From positions 1-64,000 of IMG/VR virus record IMGVR_UViG_3300022074_000020: 64,000 nucleotides of DNA. One strand, given 5' to 3'. Below the pieces are notes generated by a model. The model saw only the letters and a list, made by a program, of their open reading frames with translations, was not told the origin of the DNA and searched no databases. The position numbers and the translations under genes are program-made. Position 1 is the first letter of the stretch. Every line of letters begins with the position of its first letter. This stretch comes from an uncultured virus (IMG/VR IMGVR_UViG_3300022074_000020) (lineage: Duplodnaviria; Heunggongvirae; Uroviricota; Caudoviricetes; Kyanoviridae). Below are positions 1-8,481 of this stretch, piece by piece.

Positions 1-11
1 AGTCCCTGAAG

Positions 12-272
12 ATGACAACACCGAAGAAGAAGAACCAATTAACTACTATCAAGGAGCATAACAACATGATCATCGAAGATTTCAGTAGAGAGCAATTTAT
101 TTTACTCTCAAAAGCACTTGATAATTATCGTATTTACATGACCGAAGCAGAAGAAACCTTATCTGAAGAAATTTTGGATAATGTCTTTTATCCTAGTATT
201 GGAATCAGTAAACCAAGGAAACCCGCAAAGGTTACAAGTATAGCGGAAGCAATCCGCAAGGGACATAAGTAA
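12..272 (+). CDS. hypothetical early protein (true start may be the downstream Met of MIIEDF)
   Basis: ORF in a tightly packed + strand run of short genes; no recognisable motif. Confidence 0.6.
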   Translation: MTTPKKKNQLTTIKEHNNMIIEDFSREQFILLSKALDNYRIYMTEAEETLSEEILDNVFYPSIGISKPRKPAKVTSIAEAIRKGHK

Positions 273-291
273 CTATACTATACTAAACAAA

Positions 292-504
292 ATGAGTTGG
301 AATCTTATCCCTTGGAGCGAACAAACAACCAACGTAATGGCAACAATGACCTATGAGGATTTAATCGTTAAGTTACAACAATTAGATGCTAATCAGTTAA
401 AGAAAAATGTTGCTATCTACGATGAACATTTAAATGAGAAGGTATTAGTTCATAACGAATTAATCTTCTTTGATAACAATCAATTCCCTTATTTAAAGAT
501 CTAG
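292..504 (+). CDS. hypothetical early protein
   Basis: ORF preceded by the A-rich leader ACTAAACAAA; abuts the next ORF; MTYEDL..LQQL pattern common in small phage proteins. Confidence 0.65.
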   Translation: MSWNLIPWSEQTTNVMATMTYEDLIVKLQQLDANQLKKNVAIYDEHLNEKVLVHNELIFFDNNQFPYLKI

Positions 505-750
505 ATGAACTTCCAAAAAGGTGACTATTACTCACTAAATGACTTAAATGGATGGGTTAATTTCATCGATAAAAGTTATATCACTCTAGTCATAAATGAG
601 TGGACTAAATGTGATGAACTAGCAAAAGGTAGTCGTAGTAATGTACATCAAGTGCAGTTACTAATATACCCTCACCAATGGAAAGATATGGTGAAAAGTA
701 ACAGAAATCGCTTCCAAGATGACACCATAAATAACACTCATGAAACGTAA
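505..750 (+). CDS. hypothetical early protein
   Basis: ATG directly follows the TAG of the previous ORF. Confidence 0.65.
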   Translation: MNFQKGDYYSLNDLNGWVNFIDKSYITLVINEWTKCDELAKGSRSNVHQVQLLIYPHQWKDMVKSNRNRFQDDTINNTHET

Positions 751-877
751 TCCGCAACCTATTCTTAATAGCGAGTTTAACACATTTTGGACTATATGTA
801 AAGAACTCGTGGTAAGTACTTGGGAGTTGTATAGAACAACTGTAAGGGACAAAATGATAAGAATAAGGGAAGATTAA
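740..877 (+). CDS. small hypothetical protein (45 aa, MKRNPQPILNSEF...)
   Basis: Read manually; overlaps the end of the previous ORF; ATAAATA at 727-733 just upstream. Confidence 0.4.
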   Translation: MKRNPQPILNSEFNTFWTICKELVVSTWELYRTTVRDKMIRIRED

Positions 878-1003
878 CGAATGTTGTTAAATATTAAAAT
901 AAATCTATTGTTGTTAACTATACCGAGATTAATCTCTCAGGTAATTGTACTCTTAGCACGCAACTTACCGATTGTCAATGATAGTCAGCAAACACAGATT
1001 TTC

Positions 1004-1033
1004 TTGACAGATTATCAACAACTATGGTATAAT
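1004..1033 (+). promoter_or_regulatory. sigma70-type early promoter
   Basis: TTGACA (1004-1009), 18-nt spacer, extended -10 TGgTATAAT (1028-1033), upstream of ORF 1071. Confidence 0.8.
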
Positions 1034-1070
1034 AACTCTGTAAGGGTTCAGAGATTCCTCTAAGTAACAC

Positions 1071-1271
1071 ATGCTAAGTAACATCAAAGCACCTAAGAAG
1101 TACTTGGAGTTGTTAACACTTTGGGAGGAAGGATTATGTCCACTAAATGAAGGTATTGCTTTGTTTCAGTTCTTGTTAGATACTGACCAATGTTGGGATG
1201 ATGAGATATTATCTAACACAGCAAGTTATATGGTTGCTGAAGGATTTTGCTATTACGTTTACACCCCTTAA
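1071..1271 (+). CDS. hypothetical early protein
   Basis: ORF directly downstream of a consensus promoter. Confidence 0.7.
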   Translation: MLSNIKAPKKYLELLTLWEEGLCPLNEGIALFQFLLDTDQCWDDEILSNTASYMVAEGFCYYVYTP

Positions 1272-1280
1272 TTAACAACA

Positions 1281-1502
1281 ATGACCCAAAAGATGCTCTA
1301 TAAAGTTTATAACAATGACTGCGAACTTGTAGGGGAATTTGTATCAATTTACGATATGGAACATTTTATGGACGATGTTAGAAACTCACGGGGAGAGAGG
1401 TATAAAGAATTGCCCAGATTATCAGTATTTGATTATATTAAATCTATTGGGTATTATATGGAAATTGATTGCCCTGTGACAGTTGACAAAGTGGCACAAT
1501 AG
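1281..1502 (+). CDS. hypothetical early protein
   Basis: ORF with AACAACA leader, co-oriented with neighbours. Confidence 0.7.
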   Translation: MTQKMLYKVYNNDCELVGEFVSIYDMEHFMDDVRNSRGERYKELPRLSVFDYIKSIGYYMEIDCPVTVDKVAQ

Positions 1503-1533
1503 GGGTTGTAAGGGGTTGCCCACCTGCTATAAT
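1475..1533 (+). promoter_or_regulatory. early promoter with upstream imperfect palindrome
   Basis: TGTGACAGTT-gaca-AAGTGGCACA (1475-1498), then TTGTAA (1506-1511) and extended -10 TGcTATAAT (1528-1533). Confidence 0.7.
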
Positions 1534-1557
1534 TAATGTATACCAAACAAAGGACAC

Positions 1558-1875
1558 ATGAGAAAAATTGAAACTCAAATGAACAACGCAATCCGCAACG
1601 GTTCTAACTTCAGTTCATCCAATACTTCAGTTACTCATGACAATGGCGAAGCGTTTGTTTATCTACATGGAAATCACATCGCTACTGTTAAAGATAATTC
1701 GATTCTTTTATTTGATGGCGGTTGGCAGTCTAATACAACGAAATCCAGACTCAATGCACTACTAGACGAATTTTCTTATGGCATGAGAGTATTTCAAAAG
1801 CAATTTGAATGGTTCGTAGGTTACAAGAATGTTAAAGAAGATTTCATTAACGGTATGGAGTTAGCAATCGACTAG
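1558..1875 (+). CDS. conserved phage early hypothetical protein
   Basis: AAGGA RBS; MRKIE..M..AI, VYLHGNHIA and GGWQSNTTKSRLNAL motifs resemble a widespread small phage protein family (recalled, not searched). Confidence 0.8.
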   Translation: MRKIETQMNNAIRNGSNFSSSNTSVTHDNGEAFVYLHGNHIATVKDNSILLFDGGWQSNTTKSRLNALLDEFSYGMRVFQKQFEWFVGYKNVKEDFINGMELAID

Positions 1876-1904
1876 TTGACATATAGGAGCAAATAGAGTA
1901 TAAT
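1876..1904 (+). promoter_or_regulatory. perfect-consensus sigma70 promoter
   Basis: TTGACA (1876-1881), 17-nt spacer, TATAAT (1899-1904). Confidence 0.85.
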
Positions 1905-1932
1905 AGAGGGGTACAAACAACCCCTCTTTTTT
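1905..1932 (+). terminator. intrinsic terminator
   Basis: 8-bp stem AGAGGGGT/ACCCCTCT, 7-nt loop, followed by a T run. Confidence 0.8.
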
Positions 1933-2109
1933 ATTGTTTATGACTTAAGGCACTAATCACAGTCACTAATTGTTAAGAATGGCAGTTAAATTGCCCCCCT
2001 TAAATATAAAACAGGGCCATAACCTAACCTACAAAGGTACCCCAGAGCAAGCAATATATTATCAAGATCTTAAATACTAGTAGATTTAAAAAATTTCCCA
2101 GAAAAATTT

Positions 2110-2313
2110 ATGCCCAACAGAGATTATCCCCAAGATCTACGAGTATGGTGTCTAGAAAGTTTGATCAAGATGGAAAGTCAACTCCACAGTGACATGTACC
2201 AGGTTGCAGACATGTACTTGGGTTCGTACACAACTAAAAACCCCGAAGCACTATATACACTATGGATGGGGTGGAAACTAAAACGTCCCTCCAAGAATAC
2301 GAACCCCCTGTAA
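2110..2313 (+). CDS. hypothetical protein
   Basis: First ORF after a ~230-nt intergenic stretch. Confidence 0.7.
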   Translation: MPNRDYPQDLRVWCLESLIKMESQLHSDMYQVADMYLGSYTTKNPEALYTLWMGWKLKRPSKNTNPL

Positions 2314-2318
2314 AATAA

Positions 2319-2486
2319 ATGTCACAAAGATTCTACACAACACTCGAAGAAGACGACTTTGGCGATCTAATCCTTACGATACCTTATGAAGTGTGTGAAG
2401 AACTTGGATGGTCCGTCAATACTAAACTAGATTACACTATAGAGGAAGACTCCTTTACACTGAAGAAACACCAAGATGAACAATGA
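2319..2486 (+). CDS. AbrB/MazE/SpoVT-like small DNA-binding protein (55 aa)
   Basis: Read manually: MSQRFYTTLEEDDFGDLILTIPYEVCEELGWSVNTKLDYTIEEDSFTLKK; G-x-L-x-L-x-I-P-x5-E-L-G-W matches the swapped-hairpin signature. Confidence 0.7.
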   Translation: MSQRFYTTLEEDDFGDLILTIPYEVCEELGWSVNTKLDYTIEEDSFTLKKHQDEQ

Positions 2487-2709
2487 ACAAGAAGTAGCAG
2501 AAGCACTCAATGCGATCAACGATTGTCTAATTGCACTAGGTAAGCGTTTACAAGAGGTTGAGGAGTATGTTGCGACTATGAATTTTAGTGAAAAGATATT
2601 GTATAAACCAAACGGACAGGAAAAGTACTTAAATATAAAGGAAAACTACGATCTTATCTACGAAAGATTAGATAAACTAGAGAAAGAAGGACCATGGGAT
2701 GTAAAATAG
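2476..2709 (+). CDS. hypothetical coiled-coil protein
   Basis: ORF overlapping both neighbours; heptad-like pattern. Confidence 0.7.
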   Translation: MNNEQEVAEALNAINDCLIALGKRLQEVEEYVATMNFSEKILYKPNGQEKYLNIKENYDLIYERLDKLEKEGPWDVK

Positions 2710-5285
2710 TCGATGGAAGTGCTGATCAGATTACTGATGTATGTCAGGATGCTGATGGTTGTCCACGCTTTGAACCTTTACCTGCTGATAGAACGATCGG
2801 TATCAAGTATCGTGAATACCCAAAGAGTAGTATTCGTGGTAGTCTGAATAGTTTAAACAATGTCAAGGTAAATATCACTGGTGCTGAAGGACAAGCAGTG
2901 ATGTATCCTTCCATCTTAGTCGGTAATGAAGGCGGTCGTGCTACATTTGGTGGCAATCCTGGAACATTCTCACAACCTGTGTCTGCAGCAAACTGTGGTA
3001 AGGTAACGAGAGCAGGTACACAATGCCTCAGTTTCAGTAATGGTGCTGTTGCAGTGTATGATTATTTCCCTACAGACCTCTCATTTAGTTTTCAGAACAG
3101 TGATACTTGGTTTTCTTACATCTACACGATGAATAGTAACTCAGGTCAGATTGGTATTGCCTCTTATATCATTGAGGATGAACAGCGGGGAACCACTGGA
3201 GGTACTTCGGATGGTACTCCAACGGGCGATCCACTAAGTAACAGTGCCATTGCCAATACTATTTGTCACCCTTGTGCAGGATTTACTTGTACCCCCGCTT
3301 CCACACAGTGCTCATATACTATTGAAAGTGATGTAGATTACACTGGAGATGAAGATTGTCCCCACCCGACGCTGTTTGGCATTGGTACAGGAAGTTTTAA
3401 AGTGGTGTTTACCTATGATTCGCTATCCACTACGATTCCAAACGGTGTAACGGACCTCTCAGTGTCCTATGATGGCACGAATTACTCCGATGCATGGAAC
3501 GAAGGTGAGAACTTTGGTATCTCATTTGACTCTCCCCAGAATACTTGGCAAGCAGGAGATGAAGCAGCAGACACCTTTACCGTGTATACACTTGAAGCAA
3601 CAGGTAAAACTGGTCTTCAACTGAATATTCGTATCGCACCGATCGTCGATGAGTCGGGATCCACTGTTGCATTCACAGGAACACGTTGGACTGTCTTAGA
3701 TATTGTTCAACCTGGCACAGGATATGCACAAAATGATACATTTAACATCACTCATGAGCATACTCACCCCGATAATACGACTACAACCTTTACATTAACT
3801 GTTAAAATCACTGCTGTTGGACCAATCGAGTCTCAATCTGGGTCAATTGCTGATGTTTTGCGTAGTGGTGATACATTAAATGGTCATGAAGTGACTCGTG
3901 TTCTTCATGGACCTTCAATTGATAGTGATTATGGTACTGACAAAGGTCTCTTCCCTTATCATTTTGCTTATTTGGATGGAAATGGTAACGATTTTACGAA
4001 AGACACCTCTTATACAAGTAGTAGAGCACACCAAGTAACTGCAATTGCAGGTTACGGAATCAAAGATGTAGGATTTTTTGGTGGACTTTATGAGTTTACG
4101 GATAAGTCTGTTCAATATACTACTGGTTTTGTTGACAGGAATGCTCCTGACGTCTATAATACCCTTGTTCAACCTTCATGTACCGTGAAATTAGACAACG
4201 GAAGAGTTGATCGTGTCGAGATTGACAACAACGGAGGAGGTTCGGGGTGGAATACACTCGGTAGAATCCCTGAGTTGAGTATTACCGCACCAACTGTAGA
4301 CTCTGGAGTGGCAGCACAGGTCGTTGGTGAGTTTCAAAACGGTGTTTTGGTGAATGTTACCGTCACAAATCAAGGAAGCGGGTACGTTGAGAGCAATCTT
4401 CCTCAAGTTTCCGTTACAAATATCCATAAAACAACGAATTTTACTGTTGAAGACGCTGCTGTGCGCGAATTTGGGTTCGATAACCTCACTCAGTTCTATA
4501 AAACGTTCCCAGAAGCAGTAGATGCGTTCCCAGAACTTGATCAAACGGCAATTCAGACAATTTTATCGGAACATGAGACACTAAAATCAAATGTTGAACC
4601 AGTAAAGGCGTATGAAAGGAACGAACCTAACGTAGAAATCAAAAAAGACCCCAATTATAAGCGTAGAGACGAGATGGTGCAGCGTCTTTTTAATAGACAG
4701 GACGTAGAAGGACTAAAAGTAACACTTAATCCCCCACAAACTTACAAAAGTATCGATACAGTTGATTTTGGACCGTCTAAAGAAGCGCAAGACCTCAAAA
4801 AGTCTGCTAGAGAACTGATGGAAACACCTGCAATTGATAATGAGGTGCAAATTGAGAGTTTAATCCAAGATGTAGTCCCTGAAACTAGCATTTATGACGA
4901 ATCTTACGTCGAAACTGTGCGTGGACCCTTTTCAGAACTGCCATATTCGTCTGACCTCACTAAATACTTCATGAGACAGTTTATACCAGATGGAAGAGGA
5001 GAAGTAAAGGTTAATGTTTCACTTGGTGTGACACAACAGAACGTAGGAAATGCACATTTCACTTGTACCGCATCCGCAACTACAAGAGCAAACGAAACAG
5101 ACCCTACTACTGGCGCGGTTACATCATCTACATTCTCATTTCCCTTTGGTCAAGTTCCTCAAGGACCTGGTTGTCAGAATTGGAGTTGTAGCGGAAACAT
5201 GACTATCCGCAATGACTTTACCAATGCATCACAAACCATGGCAAGAGCAACAGAAAAATACGGTAACCCTTATAACGTAACGTAA
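2694..5285 (+). CDS. putative virion structural protein (863 aa)
   Basis: Thr/Gly-rich with GxGY beta repeats like the downstream baseplate proteins; TAATG-coupled to PAAR. Confidence 0.7.
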   Translation: MGCKIVDGSADQITDVCQDADGCPRFEPLPADRTIGIKYREYPKSSIRGSLNSLNNVKVNITGAEGQAVMYPSILVGNEGGRATFGGNPGTFSQPVSAANCGKVTRAGTQCLSFSNGAVAVYDYFPTDLSFSFQNSDTWFSYIYTMNSNSGQIGIASYIIEDEQRGTTGGTSDGTPTGDPLSNSAIANTICHPCAGFTCTPASTQCSYTIESDVDYTGDEDCPHPTLFGIGTGSFKVVFTYDSLSTTIPNGVTDLSVSYDGTNYSDAWNEGENFGISFDSPQNTWQAGDEAADTFTVYTLEATGKTGLQLNIRIAPIVDESGSTVAFTGTRWTVLDIVQPGTGYAQNDTFNITHEHTHPDNTTTTFTLTVKITAVGPIESQSGSIADVLRSGDTLNGHEVTRVLHGPSIDSDYGTDKGLFPYHFAYLDGNGNDFTKDTSYTSSRAHQVTAIAGYGIKDVGFFGGLYEFTDKSVQYTTGFVDRNAPDVYNTLVQPSCTVKLDNGRVDRVEIDNNGGGSGWNTLGRIPELSITAPTVDSGVAAQVVGEFQNGVLVNVTVTNQGSGYVESNLPQVSVTNIHKTTNFTVEDAAVREFGFDNLTQFYKTFPEAVDAFPELDQTAIQTILSEHETLKSNVEPVKAYERNEPNVEIKKDPNYKRRDEMVQRLFNRQDVEGLKVTLNPPQTYKSIDTVDFGPSKEAQDLKKSARELMETPAIDNEVQIESLIQDVVPETSIYDESYVETVRGPFSELPYSSDLTKYFMRQFIPDGRGEVKVNVSLGVTQQNVGNAHFTCTASATTRANETDPTTGAVTSSTFSFPFGQVPQGPGCQNWSCSGNMTIRNDFTNASQTMARATEKYGNPYNVT

Positions 5286-5830
5286 TGTCAGTACAAGCAG
5301 CAGCACTATTCATGGGAACATGTAGTGGACATGGTAAAGCAAATGGTGTCAACTGGCACCCAGGTCCAGGTGGAGGCATTCTATCTCCTTGCCCTCATCC
5401 ATCTCTTGCACCTTATATTGTACCAAAGGGTATGGAGATTGCGGATAATTTTGCAACATGGTTACCTACAGCACAACTTCCGTTGGAACCTATTGTAAGA
5501 AACGTGGTAATTAATAAGAAGATCCCTATTATTGATCAGGATAACTTAACTCCGCATCCTACAGTCACACAGCATGTTACTATGTCAGTAGGATTCAAAT
5601 GTTTCACGACAAGAAATACTCCTGCGTGGCATTGTACTATTGGAACAGGTGGAGGTGGTCGAGAAGCACCTACAGGTCATGCTCGAAGACTTTTTGCAAC
5701 TACAAAGACAGTATTCATTAATGGAAAGCGTGCAGGTAGGATGGCAGATCCATTTGGAAATAAAACAGTTCCATTTCCATGTTTGAGTGTAGTTGCAGGA
5801 GCAAGTAAAGACGTATTCATCGGAAGTTGA
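5285..5830 (+). CDS. PAAR-like baseplate spike-tip protein (gp5.4-like), extended
   Basis: C-S-G-H near N-terminus, VVINKKIP, TVFINGKRAGRMAD and VAGASKDVFIG C-terminus; lies upstream of g25. Confidence 0.75.
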   Translation: MSVQAAALFMGTCSGHGKANGVNWHPGPGGGILSPCPHPSLAPYIVPKGMEIADNFATWLPTAQLPLEPIVRNVVINKKIPIIDQDNLTPHPTVTQHVTMSVGFKCFTTRNTPAWHCTIGTGGGGREAPTGHARRLFATTKTVFINGKRAGRMADPFGNKTVPFPCLSVVAGASKDVFIGS

Positions 5831-5836
5831 TAAATA
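5830..5836 (+). promoter_or_regulatory. T4-type late promoter
   Basis: ATAAATA at a gene boundary upstream of the g25 operon. Confidence 0.7.
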
Positions 5837-5890
5837 AAGTGGGATAGCAACCCCATTAAAAGTTCTAATGTCCTATGCATTACACTTTTA

Positions 5891-6031
5891 ATGATTAATC
5901 CCGATCGCGATCCAAAGTACATGTTGGAAACACATGGAACTGTAGGTCTAGTCACAGATTACGGTTCGACTGCCTACATAGAGAAAGCAAAAACTAAAAA
6001 AGAAGTTAAACCACTTAGCAAATGGCGTTAA
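5891..6031 (+). CDS. small hypothetical protein upstream of g25 (46 aa)
   Basis: Read manually: MINPDRDPKYMLETHGTVGLVTDYGS...; overlaps the g25 start; follows a late promoter. Confidence 0.55.
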   Translation: MINPDRDPKYMLETHGTVGLVTDYGSTAYIEKAKTKKEVKPLSKWR

Positions 6032-6441
6032 AGGATATTAAAGGTCAAAACTTTAAGAGGTCTCGAAGATTCGACGACCTTAATATTGCTTTGACTAGAA
6101 ATCCTTTTACAAAAGATGTCTATAGTGTGAAAAACGACAACGCTATTAAACAAGCAATTAAAAACTTGGTTCTCACCTCTCCTGGTGAGAAACCATTCCA
6201 ACCTCTTGTAGGTTCAAGGGTAAGTCAGTTACTTTTTGAACCTTTGGATGCATTTACCGCAGATGCAATTAAGCAAGAGATCATAAATACCATTACACAG
6301 CATGAACCAAGAGTAAATCTTACTAAAGTCGATGTAACACCGATCTATGCGAATAACAAGATCAACATAACGGTAGAATATCAGATTGTCGGATTGCCCA
6401 TTGTTGAATCGATATCCTTTGTCTTACAGAGACCCGAATAA
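6022..6441 (+). CDS. g25: baseplate wedge subunit gp25
   Basis: AIKQAIKNLVLT.PGEKPF.P..GS and EPRV motifs of the GPW/gp25 family. Confidence 0.95.
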   Translation: MALKDIKGQNFKRSRRFDDLNIALTRNPFTKDVYSVKNDNAIKQAIKNLVLTSPGEKPFQPLVGSRVSQLLFEPLDAFTADAIKQEIINTITQHEPRVNLTKVDVTPIYANNKINITVEYQIVGLPIVESISFVLQRPE

Positions 6442-8474
6442 TGCAACCGAATAACTTAACAGCACTAGACTTTGAAGATGTCAAAGCAAGTATTAAGTCA
6501 TACCTAAGAACTCGGAGTGAGTTTACGGATTATGACTTTGATGGTTCTGCATTATCGTATATGGTTGATGCACTTGCTTATAATACTTACTATACAGCAT
6601 TCAATGCTAACATGTCACTGAATGAAGCATTCTTGCCTTCATCTACAGTTAGAGATAACGTCGTTAATATTGCCAAGTTAATGAATTACACTCCTAGAAG
6701 TGTAATTTCATCTAGAGCGTCTGTAAAAATTGATGTTCAGACTTCTCAAGCAAATGGAGTGTACCCAAGTAGTGTTACCTTAAAGAAAGGTTCTATTGCG
6801 ACTGGTGGTAACTTCGTTTGGAACATTTTAAGAGATACTACTGCTGAAGTTAGTCCCACTACAGGTATTGGTACCTTTCCTGAGGTTTGTATCTACGAAG
6901 GACAAATTGTAAACTTCCAGTACATTGTTAATACCTTTGCAAGACAAACATATTCAATCCCTTCTGCAGAAGCAGACCTTGCAACACTCAAAGTTAGTGT
7001 AAAAGCAAACGAGACTGCCACAGCATCGGATATTTACAACCAAGTAGACACTGTTACTGGTCTAACCGCATCTACCCGCGCATACTTCCTTTCTGAAGGT
7101 GAGGATATGCGCTTTGAGGTTAGGTTTGGTGATGATAGTGTCGGAAGAGCATTAAAAGACGGAGAAGTCGTACAATTCGAGTATCTGGTGACTTCTGGTA
7201 AGGAAGCAAATGAAGTTAACTCATTTGGTTACGTTGGAACTGCGGTAGATGCTACAGGAACTAATGTTGTTACTTCTGATGTAACTTTAACGGTTTTACA
7301 TCGTTCTCAGATGGGAACTAGTGCGGAAAGTATCGAATCTATCAAATATAACGCTCCAAGATACTACTCCTCTCAATATAGAGCAGTTACAGCGCAAGAT
7401 TACGCTTTAATCACTCAAAGGATCTATGATAATGCGGATTCCGTTGTTGCTTATGGTGGAGACAGTTTAAATCCTCCTATTTACGGAAAAGTCTTTATTG
7501 CAATCAAAACTAAAACAGGATCCCTTCTAAATGACGCTACAAAGAAGGAAATTTCTGCTAACCTTAGGAAGTATGCCATGGCATCGATTGACCCTGTTGT
7601 AGTCGATCCTGATAACGTATACATCTATACTAAGATCTTTGCTCTATACGATACTGGAGCAGGAAGTAGTTCTTCACAGATTAAAACCGATATTCAGTCA
7701 TCAATTAATGATTGGGCAACTCAAACACAGATTAATAACTTCAACTCAACCTTTAGAGGTTCTGCATACGAGAAAGCAATCACTCTTGCTAATAATGCCA
7801 TCACTGACGTTTCACTACAGACAACTACTCTAAAATACATTACACCAAATAGTAACCAGACCAATACTTACTGTATTAGCACTGGTAGTGGACTTTATAA
7901 CTCCGCACCTTCTAAAGATGGTGATGACGGTACTTGTAAGAAAGAACCTGTCTTGTTATCAGGAACATTTAGAACTGCAGACCGTCCTGGAGTAGATCAG
8001 CAGTTTGAAGACGATGGATATGGAAATCTACGCATTTTCTATAATACAGGTACTAAAAAGGTATATACGAACAACTCAATCGGTACAGTCAACTATGATA
8101 CTGGAGAAATCTGTTTTGGTCCAGTAAATGTGATCAGTACAGGAACAAATGTTCCGTCTTCTTCGGCAGTAAATATCACAGACACTGTAACTGGTGCAGG
8201 TAGTGTTACAGATCCTTCACTTCTCCCTGGAGACCTAAGGATTCCTGTTGTTACTATTCCTGCCAACAGTGGCACCATTCCTGCTTCAACCCCAGGAACG
8301 ATTATTAATATTATTAGTCCTGAGGTAACAGTATCACCAATTGGTACAACACCACCTGCCTCTGTCCCTCTAAATAGTTTGACACCAACGATATTTGATG
8401 ATACCCCCTCAGTTGTGGAGGTTGCACCAATTGATAACAGCGGTGGTCTAAACACATCAACCTGTTTCTCGTAA
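6441..8474 (+). CDS. g6: baseplate wedge subunit gp6
   Basis: LDFEDVK, FTDYDFDGS, LAYNTYY, FGD and RAVTAQDY motifs; follows g25. Confidence 0.95.
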   Translation: MQPNNLTALDFEDVKASIKSYLRTRSEFTDYDFDGSALSYMVDALAYNTYYTAFNANMSLNEAFLPSSTVRDNVVNIAKLMNYTPRSVISSRASVKIDVQTSQANGVYPSSVTLKKGSIATGGNFVWNILRDTTAEVSPTTGIGTFPEVCIYEGQIVNFQYIVNTFARQTYSIPSAEADLATLKVSVKANETATASDIYNQVDTVTGLTASTRAYFLSEGEDMRFEVRFGDDSVGRALKDGEVVQFEYLVTSGKEANEVNSFGYVGTAVDATGTNVVTSDVTLTVLHRSQMGTSAESIESIKYNAPRYYSSQYRAVTAQDYALITQRIYDNADSVVAYGGDSLNPPIYGKVFIAIKTKTGSLLNDATKKEISANLRKYAMASIDPVVVDPDNVYIYTKIFALYDTGAGSSSSQIKTDIQSSINDWATQTQINNFNSTFRGSAYEKAITLANNAITDVSLQTTTLKYITPNSNQTNTYCISTGSGLYNSAPSKDGDDGTCKKEPVLLSGTFRTADRPGVDQQFEDDGYGNLRIFYNTGTKKVYTNNSIGTVNYDTGEICFGPVNVISTGTNVPSSSAVNITDTVTGAGSVTDPSLLPGDLRIPVVTIPANSGTIPASTPGTIINIISPEVTVSPIGTTPPASVPLNSLTPTIFDDTPSVVEVAPIDNSGGLNTSTCFS

Positions 8475-8481
8475 AGCGTAG

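Noticed and set aside
944..978. Divergent minus-strand promoter (TTGACA on the minus strand at 973-978)
   Set aside because: The hexamer at 17-nt spacing is TAAGAG and TACAAT is 23 nt away; no convincing downstream gene
881..1063. 60-aa ORF MLLNIKINLLLL...
   Set aside because: Low-complexity translation of an AT-rich intergenic region that contains the 1004-1033 promoter
1475..1498. CRP or NtcA binding site
   Set aside because: The TGTGA...GCACA spacing is 14 nt, not the 6 nt of a CRP site; no GTA-N8-TAC
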